Shown: piece after piece, positions 50,707-62,100 of the stretch
Layout: each line of letters starts with the position of its first letter
How positions within the stretch are numbered: the stretch's first letter is position 1
DNA from: Basidiobolus meristosporus CBS 931.73
Taxonomy: Eukaryota; Fungi; Basidiobolomycota
Assembly: GCA_002104905.1 (NCBI GenBank)
Contig: MCFE01000116.1
Location: forward strand, 1 to 64,000
Direction of reading: 5' to 3'
Length of the DNA stretch: 64,000 nucleotides
The notes under the pieces: model-generated
The model's database searches: none
Told to the model about the DNA's origin: nothing
What the model saw: only the letters and a program-made list of their open reading frames with translations
Translations under genes and position numbers: made by a program

Positions 50707-52474
50707 ATAGTTAGAAAACAGCTTGCTTTGACATTCAGTGCAACAAGTGGGGCTACATCTAAAAAAGGCGATGTTAGTAGTGTGCCTACTGAAGATAATA
50801 ATGCAGGCTCCTCAGGCTCTCCGTCAAGTAGGCAATTGAGAGCCTCTGCAGAGGCACAAGCTGACTGTTATGCTCAGACAGATGAGAATGTAGCAAATTC
50901 AGTACCCTTGGTTGAAGACCAGCAAGTAGCCATCATAACATCACCACTGCCCATATTAGCAGGTATGTTGTCAGCTCCTACTAAAGCATCAATGATGCAA
51001 TTAGGTGCAGTGGCTGATAGGATAGATGTAGTGGCCCAGAGAAATCAAGAAATAGTCCAGAGACAGGATGAGCGGATGATATGTGTAGAGCAATTAGTAT
51101 CCCAGCTAAAGAAAGCAGTATCTTTGCTGCAAAGAAGGAACTCCAGTAGCTCAATATAACAATAGAGGAACACTTACAGCCTTTGCAGCACAACAACAGT
51201 ACCAAAAGATAAAGCCCACAGAAAAACCTATCACAGAGTGGGAGGGAGACAATTTGGTGTTTATACCAAAGCCCAAAAATCAAAAGAGATTGAAGCTCTT
51301 TGAAGCAATTGAGTGCAATAATGACAAATGAGCTAATATTCAAGAGGCCTTCAGAAGTCTGGCACACCATCACCTTAAAGCCAGCATCCCATGGGACCAT
51401 CAGGAACTCAAGGCTAAGCAGAATGCACTTGACTTGTGCCATGAGCATAATCCTGAATTATATGTGCAAATGGAGCTTGGGCCAGCATTGATATGCTAAG
51501 AAAATATCTTAAGAATAGTAGAAACTATCAAAGGCTGATGAACAAGGGTGCCATGGCTAAAAGCCAGCAGCTTCCTCAAGAGCCTGTTAAAAGCAGGGCT
51601 GCAAGCTCCATAAGCGTTAAAGAGACGTCAGGTTGCTGGAAGAGTGCTCAATAGGGACAAGCAAGCAAACATGGATGCACCAGCACAACACTTATGAAGG
51701 AAAAAGTGCAGTACCACTTGAGAAGCACTCAGTCAAAGTAGCAGTGAAGGACCTGGCAGTGATAAAAACCAGCAGCTTTTACAGGAGCCCATCATAACTG
51801 TGGTTGAGAGCTGAATACAAGCAGAAAAGGAATGTCAGCTTGCCAGAAGAGTGCCAGCAAGGGAAAAGCAGGCCAAAACAGATGCGTCAGAGCAGAATTT
51901 ATCCAGGAGAAAATGCAGTTCATTACAAGAAGCACTCAGAAAAAAGTAGCAGTAAAGGACCTGGCAGTGATAAAGAAAAAGGTAAAGGGAAAAATATCTA
52001 TCCAAGCCTGAGACAGGGAAGCATGCAAAAAAACTGCAGTTCTTATCAATTAATGCTGCAAGCCCAGAGCAGAGTGAATCCCTTCATAACCAAGAAGAAT
52101 TACCAGCAAAGAAACAGCTGTTTTCTCAAAAGTTGGAAGCGCAGCCTGTTCAGCTACACTCCAGCAAGGTCAATGAGTTTGCAGAAAAAGGCAATTTGTC
52201 TACCACAGACTCTATGCCCTCCATTGTTGACAGAGTGGAGATTCCACTGACAGACAAGGCTATAACATCAAGAACTCAAAAGACTATCACTATGCCTTCA
52301 GTAGTACTTCAGAACATTAATAGGCACACCAAGAGGTTGCAGCACTTTTTCAAGAGCAGTGCTCAAGAAAACACACTTGAGTATTACAAGGATTTAATGC
52401 AAAGACTGGCAGATGAGGTGCTAGACCTTGCAGTGCCAGCTCAAGACCAGGATGTGTGTGAACCAGTAAAGTAA
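50707..52474 (+). pseudogene. CACTA accessory ORF2, copy 1 (coiled coil + small helical domain + low-complexity tail)
   Basis: Fragments 50728-51159, ~51240-51590, 51804-52250 and 52133-52474 are homologous to the inverted copy at 55788-53928. Confidence 0.65.
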
Positions 52475-52814
52475 CAGTGGCATAAAGCCATTGGGTTCCC
52501 ACCAAAGTTGTGGAACCAGAGTATTACAGCAGAAATGCTTATTGAGTGGTGGATTTTAATGGAGTTACTTGTTGAATGTGGGGTTGGGCTTAATGTTACT
52601 GTAGGGTATAGGGACTTGTGTAGGTCAATATATTAGGCAATTGAAGTACAACTGAAGTTTAATGGAAATAAATCAATTTGTATGCATAAAAAGTAAGAGA
52701 AACAGTTGCATCAGGGAGTAAGGAGTGTAAAAAAGAGGCAATAGCCAATCAAAGCACACAAATGTAGGCAGTGATAGAGTGTCTGGGATCAGACAGTGAG
52801 CAATCATCTTGCCC

Positions 52815-53399
52815 AGATAATCAGAATTGATGTGTCCAAGTCTCATGCACCAAAGGGTTGGTGTTTATTCATTCCAGTTACTCATATTAGCTTTCAGATA
52901 TGATGAAAAGTAAGTCAACTTATATAGATTCTGATCTCTGGTATCCATATCATTATGAGCCCTACTTTGATCAGTGATCCTGCATCCAGGATTGTCAAAG
53001 TTGGAATTGAGTCTTTCTGCAGCAGCCTTGCCTATGGATAGTAGACTTGTTCCATTGTGCCATTAATCACAGTGCCAGAAAGTGCTGTATATTTTGTTAT
53101 TAATTTGAAATTTTAGGGTCATATGCATGTTGATTTTGATCCCAAATTGGCACTGTATGGCACCATCTGGCACTCTGTGGCATGCTCAGGCACTATCTAG
53201 CATGCTTTAGCACTATTGGGCACTATTATCAGCTGGAATGATAAAACAAGTCTAGTAGGTTCTTGACTATTTTTGGAACCTAGAGTACTTCTTCAATGGT
53301 CAGTTTATAACTTCCTTTACTGCTTCTGAGGTTTACTTGGATAGTTACTGCTCCCACTGCATCAAGGGTTCTAATGTCATCCTTGAAAACCTTCTTAGT
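52815..53399 (-). mobile_element. Copia A protease / GAG-pre-integrase fragment carrying MITE copy 2
   Basis: Homologous to 28950-29340; interrupted at 53043-53253. Confidence 0.75.
53043..53253 (-). mobile_element. 211-bp MITE, copy 2 (opposite orientation)
   Basis: AGACTTGTTCC...AAAACAAGTCT, 3-bp TSD AGT (53040-53042 / 53254-53256); reverse complement of 39677-39887; same length. Confidence 0.88.
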
Positions 53400-56300
53400 C
53401 TCTATGAGAAATTATTGTATTGATCCCATCAAATGGCAGTCACAATGTTAAAGTCTTGTGACTAAGAGGTACTGATCCTGTTAGGGCACTGTCTAGAGAC
53501 CATTGAAAAATAATTGCACCCCAGATTTCACAAAAAACTTAGTCAAAATTTGTGATCACAACAATGTACAAGTGGCTTTTGATTGGTTCCCTGCCAATTT
53601 GCTCACTTTTTGATCTCAGACTCTATATTACCTCCTACATTTGTGTGCATATATGGCTATTGACTCTTTTTTACACTCCTTACTTCCTGACTGAACTGTT
53701 TCCCTTGCTTTTCATGAGTACATATGGACTTAGTTCTGTTGCAACTCCATTTGTACTTCAATTGCCAATTGTACTGACCCATACAAGTCCCTATATCCTA
53801 CAGTAATATTAAGCTTAACCCCACACTCAACAACTAACTCTACTTAAATCCACCACTAAATAAGCTTTTCTGCTGTAATGCTGTGATTCCACAACTTTGG
53901 TGGGAACCCAATGGCTTTATGCCACTGTTACTTCACTGGTTCACACACATCCTGGTCTTCAGCTGGCACTGCAAGGTCTAGCACCTCAACTGCCAGTCTT
54001 TGCAATAAATCCCTGCAGTATTCCAGTGCATTTTCTTGAGCACCTCTCTTGAAGAAGTGCTGCAACCTCTTGGTGTGGCTATTAATGTTCCAAAATTCCA
54101 CTGAAGGCATTGTGATAGTCTTTCAAGCTCTTGACATTGCAGCATTGTCTGTTAGTGGGATTGCTGCTTTGTCAACAATGGAGGCTGTGGTAGACAAATT
54201 GACTTTGTCAGTGGAATCTCCACTTGGTCAACAATGGAGGGCATAGAGTCTGTGGTAGACAAATTGCCTTTTTCTGCAAACTCATTGACCTTGCTGGAGT
54301 GTAGCTGAACAGGCTGCGCTTCCAACTTTTGAGAAAACAGCTGTTTCTTTGCTGGTAATTCTTCTTGGTTATGAAGGGATTCAGTCTGCTCTGGGCTTGC
54401 AGCATTAATTGATAAGAACTGCAGTTTTTTTTGCATGCTTCCTTGTCTCAGGCCTGGATAGGCATTTTTCCCTTTACCTTTTTCTTTATCACTGCCAGGT
54501 CCTTTACTGCTACTTTTTTCTGAGTGCTTCTTGTAATGAACTGCATTTTCTCCTGGATAAATTCTGCTCTGACGCATCTGTTTTGGCCTGCTTTTCCCTT
54601 GCTGGCACTCTTCTGGCAAGCTGACATTTCTTTTCTGCTTGTCTTGAGCTCTCCACCACAGTAGTGACAGGCTCCTATAAGAGCTGCTGGTTATTATCAC
54701 TGCCAGGTACTTCACTGCTGTTTTAACTGAGTGCTTCTCAAGTAGTACTACTCTTTTTCCTCAATAAATGTTGTGCTGGTGCATCTGTGTCTGCCTGCTT
54801 GTCCCTAATTGGCACTCTTCCAGCTACCTGACATCACTTTGACACTTGTCTGGAGCTTTAGGCCCTGCTTGTAATGGGCTCTTGAGAAAGCTGCCGGTTT
54901 TTAGCCATGGCACCCTTGTTCTTCAGCCTTTGATAGTTTCTGCTATTCTTAAGATACTTTCTTAGCATACCAATGCTGACCCAAAATCCATTTGCCTGCT
55001 TGAATGCTAAATCATGCTCATGGAACAAGTTGAGAGTATTCTGCTTTGCCTTGAGTTTCTGATGGTCACATGGTATGCCAGCCTTGAGGTTATGGCATTC
55101 TAGACCTCTAATGGCTTCATGAATATTAGCCCACTCTTCATTATTGCACTCAATGGCTTCACACATCTTCAATGTCTTGCAATATTTAGGCTTTGGTATA
55201 AACACCACATTATCTCCCTTGCACATGATGATGGGTTTTTCTGTGGGCTTTATCTCTGGGCACTGTTATTGTGCCTCAAAGACTGTACAGTGTTCCTCTA
55301 CTGTTACATTAGGAAATGGCTCTGTTCTTGGCTGTGATATTGAGCTACTTGAGTTCCTTTTTTTGCAGCAAAAATACTGCTTTCTCTACCTGGGATATTG
55401 ATTGCTCTACACCTATTAACTGCTCATCCAGTTTCTGGACAATTTCCTGATTTCTCCAGGCCATTGCATCTATCTTATCAGCCACTGCACCTAATTGCCT
55501 GATTAATACTTTGATATGAGCTGAAAACAAACTGGCCAATATGAGTGGTGGTGATGTTATTATGGCCACTTGCTGGTTTTCAACTGATGGCACTGCATTT
55601 GTTACATTCTCATCTGCTTGAGCACTACAGTCAGCTTGTGGCTCAGCACAGGTGCTCCATTACCTACTTAACTGAGAGCCTGAGGAGTTGGCATTATTAC
55701 CTTCAATGGGCACACTCTCTACAGGACATTTTTTGGATGTGACCCCGCTTGTTGCACTGATTGTCAAAGCAAGCTGTTGTCTAACCATTCTTCTGTTGCC
55801 GTCAGTGGTGGGGTTTGGATGGGAACCAGTCAAATTTGTTAATTTTTTGGTGGCATAGATATGGAAGTGAGTTGACCAAAGGGGAAATAGTGTTACATGT
55901 ATGTGTGCATATTGTGCCACAGCTTTATATATAATGCTTATCATTGCAGGTCATCATTGAATCTTACATTCATGTAGGTGCAATGTCTCAAAAACAGGAG
56001 TGTCTTAAGTTCTCATGAGAATAGATCAAAAAGTGATTTAATAGCATTCTGTTGTTGAAGGTCAAACTGTTTGCCCCATGGACAAGACTACCTTTATTCA
56101 ACTCCATAAGAGAAGAGAAAAAAGACCATGTGGCTATTGTAGCAAGCCTCTCAGCCATGAAACACATAGACAGTATAGGAAGTATTATAAGACTCATTGC
56201 CAGTGTTTTGCCACAAAAGTCATATTTGACCATTCATTGGTCACCACTGTACCAACATTATCTTGCCAGCTAGTTGATACTTATATATTGGCACCTGGCC

Positions 56301-56900
56301 ATCTTTGTCACCTTGTGCAAACTGAATCAGGTGAGTTTGCAACATCTTTAGGCTCATCACAGCCTTCTGAATATGGCACACAGAGTGATTGCTCTGACAA
56401 ACAAGGTTCACCAATGGATTTTGAGCCCATCTCCCCTAAACACAGTGCCACATATGAGCCCAGTCCAATCCCTATATGCAATGAGACAACACCCCTTGAA
56501 ACCAATGCCAATGATACTATATGGAGCCAGGTGAGCCCATTAATCCATATACTGGTGAATGATGTAACGTTGTAGCTAGAGAAATGGCACATATCCACTA
56601 ATATTTGTAACAGGGGCTTTTGGGGATTTATTACTACTTCTTACCAAAATCATACCAAGTTGCAGCTTACCATGTACATGGTACAAGTGGGCATCTGTCA
56701 TATGGCTGGCAACATATGATCCAGAGACTGTCCCAATTCAAGCATGTGCTGACAGTTGCATTAAATCATGGTCCAACCTGGATAGCTACCTGCATTCATT
56801 GCTGGATGAATCTTGTATGCTCTCCAACAGGTATATTGCAAATGTTGGTGCATGATTGATACTCAATGTGGTACTTACAGCCTCACAAAATTTGTTGGAC
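53400..56900 (+). mobile_element. CACTA-type element, copy 2 (inverted): TIR 53400-~53597, ORF2 55788-53928 (-), transposase N-terminus from 56078 (+), truncated
   Basis: The TIR aligns to 42522-~42719. MDKTTFIQLHKRREKRPCGYC... matches the copy 1 N-terminus. ORF2 is the reverse complement of copy 1 ORF2. Confidence 0.8.
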
Positions 56901-58410
56901 TGGATGAGCTTCTTCAGTTGGGGACCTACATGAGTATATCTGAAGTGTGAAATATGTTTTTCTCAAATGGTGGTGGGCTCTAGACAAGTTGAGCACCTTC
57001 CAATGATTGCATTCTCTGATGTTAATGCAATGTAAACACATATTGGTATCACAACAGTCTCTGGATCATATGTTGCTAGCTGCACAATGGCTGTTTGCTT
57101 GCACCATGTACATGTTTGGTTGCATCCTGAAGTTACTTTGGCAACAAGCAGCAGTAAGTCCTTGAAGCCCCCATCAAAGATATAGGAGGAAACATGCCCA
57201 TTCTCTAGCTGCAACAATACATCAGTTACCAGTTAATGAATTGCTGGGCTCACTTGGCTCCCTAAGTATTGTGGGAATTTTTCCCAGAGGTGCTGTGCCA
57301 TTGCATTTTGGGATTTTGCTGGTCTCTTGCAGAGTTCTGTTGTGAAAGTATATATGCTCACAGTCTATTGATGAGCAATTCTTCAGAGCTATCACTTGGA
57401 AGGCCATATTCAGAAGGTCGAGGTATGCCAAAAGGTGTTTCACACTTAACAAACTCTATTTGCATAAGGTCACAAGTATTGTTAGAAACTGTTAGAGGTG
57501 TGTCAAGTGGCCATCAAGATATGCTGGCATAGTAGTGACTAATGATGGCTTGAGCACAATATGTGTGGCAAAACCTTGCATGTCATTCCTGTAATAATTC
57601 CTATGCTGTCTGTGTGCTTCATGACTTGTAAGCATGATACAAGAGCAGCAAGGCCTATTTTCTTTCACTATTGGTACTCAGTTAGTGTGGTCTTGTCCAT
57701 GAGACAAACAGCTTAATACAAAATGACATAACACTATTATAATGTGTGTTTGTCCATATGCATGTTTGTGAGACAGTTGTGTGCTTGAGCCATTGCACCT
57801 ACATTAATGCAGAACATAACAATGACCTGTCATAGCAAGCACTGTGAATAAAGCTGTAGTACTACATATACATGTATATGTACTGCAGCTTCTACTTTGG
57901 TTTACTCACTTCCATTTAAATGCTGCCAAATATTACGCTAAGTTGTCTGTGTGGGTTATTACTGACTGTACTGGGTAGGTGGGAGAGCTTGGTGGTCAAG
58001 TCAGTACCACTTGGTTCAGAATAGCTTCCAATAGAAGGTAGCAAGGTGATAAAGACTTGTGTTTATTCCGTCCAAATCTCCTTGTCTTGCTTCAATTGGG
58101 TACATATATATATCACTTGGGGGGGCTGAGATAATAGACAATGTGTTATAAAATAGGGGTTTGAACATCTTCCTATTATGGCAAGTGTTCTAACTAGATA
58201 AGGGTAGGGATATGAGGGAGGGCACCTGGGGGAATGATAGGGAGGATACTGGGGGAATTTGGGTAGGACTCTGGGGAGAACTCATGGGCAAAGAGTGGGT
58301 ACTGCACTTGGTACTCACAGTCTGATTCCCAGCAACACCCCACTGCAAACAATTGCAGAAAATTGTTGGGCAATGACTTGCTAATACTGGTAGTGCAAGA
58401 AGGATGACCA
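56900..58410 (-). mobile_element. CACTA-type element, copy 3 fragment (transposase N-terminus, ATG ~57700, and intergenic region)
   Basis: GGFKDLLLLVAK...YDPETVVIP...CSTCLEPTT is homologous to copy 1. More diverged; left boundary approximate. Confidence 0.7.
57950..58319 (-). repeat. Gypsy family 1 solo LTR with TSD GTCTG
   Basis: Reverse complement of 42859-43231; GTCTG at 57945-57949 and 58320-58324. Confidence 0.92.
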
Positions 58411-58441
58411 TATCCTCATATATCCATATTTACTATATGCC

Positions 58442-59114
58442 TGTTATGAACTGCAGCTTGAATCTTTAAGTTGGATCAGTTTTGAGTCAAATCAGTTAGT
58501 TATATGCACAGCCTATCAGTGAATCTGTGTTATCTATCAAATCAGCAGTATTAGTCAGTAGATGAATCAGCAGATCCTTATCAGATGATTACAGATATAT
58601 TAAGTAGATTCCTATTGGGTGATGATGAAGCAATCCAATGAGTCATCAGCCACTACCTACTTTAAGAAATATAACTAGTCAGCACTTGATCTGGCAAAAT
58701 GTATATAAGGAGTTGTTGGAACCTCAATGTAAATCAGGTCAAGTTTTAGTGAAAATAATACTAGCTAAACTCCCTATTCCTGTGCAACCCTTAAACCTAT
58801 ACATGTAACATTGGTAGCAGCAATAACCAGAAACCTCCCTCCTAAAGAGAGAAGAAGCCTCCCCCAAGATGTCCAAAAATCAAAAATGGAAGAATGCTAT
58901 GCAGCAAATCATGGCCCAACAGCAGCAGCTACTCCAGATCCTTAGCCATTGGCACCAGGGAATGACTACCATGGCCCAAAGCCAGCAAAACCCTGTCAAG
59001 AGCAGCTTTAGTGTGAAGGTCAACCAGTATCATGGTAGAGTCAATCAAAACCTGGGAACCTGGCGCTTCCAGATTGAGGAAGTTTTCAGGGCTAAGGGAA
59101 TTGTTTCAGAAAGC
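58442..59114 (+). mobile_element. Ty3/Gypsy family 2: LTR 58442-58810, PBS TGGTAGCAG, gag N-terminus
   Basis: TG...CA LTR followed by TTGGTAGCAG (tRNA-Met-like PBS). The gag-like ORF SVKVNQYHGRVNQNLGTWRFQIEEVFRAKGI is cut by the Copia B LTR. Confidence 0.7.
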
Positions 59115-62100
59115 TGTTGAAATATTGGACTGTTCTGAAACTGTTACAGAATGCTCCTGAATGTAAGAAAACCTCCTTACTTAGTGTTACAGCTGTGTTA
59201 CCTCTTCAACGGTGTAAATACTGAGCTTCTTTACTAATAAACAACAGTTCCATTATTAAGACTATATCATGTTAAGTTCCTGATATCCAAATCACTTCTT
59301 GAATTGCAGCAGGTTATGATCCCTGATTGCCTTAACTTATTCTAAAGATGACTTCTACTAGCTAACAGAAGAACTCAAACATCTTCCCTGTAAAAAAGTG
59401 GTTTGATGAGAAGACTTACAGACTTTGGAGAATCAAGATGCAGATCCACCTTGAGAAAAGAAAGCTTTGGAATATAGTAATAGGAAAAGGAGTTGAGCCC
59501 AAGGGAACAGCAGAAGAAGTGGAGAAGTTTTAAGAGAATGAGAGAAAGGCCATTAATGCTATATGTATCAATTTGCAAGATTCCTTCATTGGACAAATCC
59601 ATGCTTCAAATACTGCCAAAGCAGCATGGAAATCCTCAGAGAAGATCTTTAGAGTAAAATCTGTATTGAGCAAGCATTATCTAAAACCAAAATTCTTGAA
59701 CAGGAGGAAGAAGCCAGATGAAGAAAAAGAAACTCTGTCTGCTTTGCAGCCTACCAGACAAGTATGAGCCACTCATACTTTCTTTTGAAAGCAGAGAAGA
59801 CAACTTGACTTTAGACTATGTCAAAGAAAGACTTCTGCATGAAGAATTCAGATGTAACAATCAAGCAGAGAAAATTGATGAATATGCTTCTTACAGCTCA
59901 GAGAGGCACACAGGAAAGAAGGGAAAGCAACAAAACCAAAGAAAACCTGATTGCTGTAACTACTGTAAGAAGCCAGGACACTGGGCCAGAGAATGCAAGA
60001 AGAAACAAGCAGACAAAAAACAGAAACTGGAGCAGGCAAACCATACAATTACTATGAGCAGTTATTTGTAACTGTACAAGAGAGTACAAGTAACCAAAGT
60101 AATGAGTGGTATACTGACTCTGGAGCATCACAGCGTATTTGCGGTGTAAAGGAGTAGCTTGGCCACTTGAAGGCTATTCCAATAAGAAAGGTTTATCTGG
60201 GACACAACTCTGCACTGGGGGCTACCACAAGTGGTTCTATACTACTAAATATGAGTGATATCTCAGGGGCTATAGTAGCAAAACTGACTGCTGTACTCTA
60301 CATCCCTGGAATAGCTAAGAATCTACTCTCAGTCAGTAAAGCAAATGCTCAGGGACTGAAATTTGTTTTTGGTTAGCTGAACTACTCTATATTGAGTGAA
60401 AATGGACAAAAATTAGCTTTGGAAATCAGAGATCACAATACATACATGTTACAATGCAAGCCCATTGTACCAGAGTATGCCAACATTGCTAAAGCTGATG
60501 CAACTCACTGGGAGACATGGCACAGGGGGGTAGGACATGTTGGAGAACAGAAAATGAGCTAACTGATGAAAATGAGTTTGTTTTAGGCCAAAATTACTCT
60601 ATTCTGATCAAACTGCATGTCTTAAGGGATGTTAATATGGCAAACAAGCTAGGCAACATTTCACAAGCTCAAGAGGCATTAACAACACCAAAATGTTGGC
60701 TATTGTACACTCAGACATATGTGGGCCCATGAGAACACTGTCCTTTGGAGCCAAGACATACTTCATGATGTTTATTGATGACAAGAAAAGATATACATGG
60801 GTATACTTCCTCCAAACCAAGAATGAGGCTTTGGGGATGTTCAAACACTTCAAGAATATGGTAGAAACATAAGCTGGGTTTAAGTTGAAAATACGTCAAA
60901 GTGTCAATGGAGAGGAATACTGCTCAAATGAGCTTGGAAAATACTGCACTTCCACTGGTATTATTCAGCTGACCACTGTTCCACATACTCCATAGCAAGA
61001 TGGAGTAGCAAAATGTGCAAATAGATTGATAGCTGACATGGGATGATCTATGCTACTTGAAAAGGGAATGGACTACAAGCTTTGAGCTGAATCTGTTGCT
61101 ACAACAGTATGCATCAAGAAGAGATGAGCAACAACAGCACTACATGCTTCTACACCCTTTGAAGCATATACAGGCAAAAAATCAGACCTTTAGCTCCTCA
61201 GGATCTTTGCCAGTGATATTGTTTATCACATCCCTGACAAAAAACTCTCAAAGCTGGAACCAAAGAGTAGAGAAGGGATCTTTCTTGGGTACTGTGTTGA
61301 CACCAAAGGTTATAGAGTGTATGATGGCAAAATTCTGAAGCCAATCAAGAGCAGCAATGTGGTATTTGAGGAGAATTCAGATCAGAAAGCCACAGCAATC
61401 ATTGGCCAGCTGCCTAATGATGCAATCAACACCTATGAAGAAGATACATACCAAACTCAGCCAGATACACCAGATATTTCTACCAGTTCCCCTGGATCCT
61501 GGTGGCAGACATCCAATGATCATGGCAAAGCTCATCTTGCCTTATGTGCAAAATCTCAGTATCTGGAACAGGCAATGCAAAGTCCAGATGCTACTTTGTG
61601 GCAACAAGCCATACAGGAGGAGTATCAATCACTGATCAAAGCAAAAATTTGGGAACTGGTAGATTTACCAAGCTGGGGAGAGCCAATAGGATGTAATTGG
61701 GTCTACAAGATCAAGATAACCTCATATGACACTGTTGATAAGTACAAGGCTAGATTGGTGGCTAAAGGCTATTCTGAGATCCAGGAAATAGACTTTAAGC
61801 AAACATTTGCTCTGGTTGCAAAGTTTAACTCCATTTGGACAGTTCTAGCCCTGGCAGCTGTACACAGTGTAGATCCACACCAAATAGATGTCAAAACAGC
61901 ATTTCTGAATGGGGATTTACAAGAAACTAAACGTATGGAGCAACCAGAAGGTTTTACCAATCTGAATGGCCCCCATAAGGTATGCAGACACAAAAAACTT
62001 TTGTATAGACTTAAGCAGGCACCTAGAGCATGGTATAACAGAATTGACACATATCTAGAGGAAGTTGGGTTTGTTTGTACCACTGCTTGTCACAGAAATA

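Larger units (their letters stand above)
42522..52810 (-). mobile_element. CACTA/EnSpm (CMC)-type DNA transposon, copy 1 (with nested Gypsy LTR and Copia)
   Basis: Terminus CCCTATGG with a ~200-bp TIR; Tnp2-type transposase on the minus strand; accessory ORF on the plus strand. The right end is truncated just before the TIR. Confidence 0.75.
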
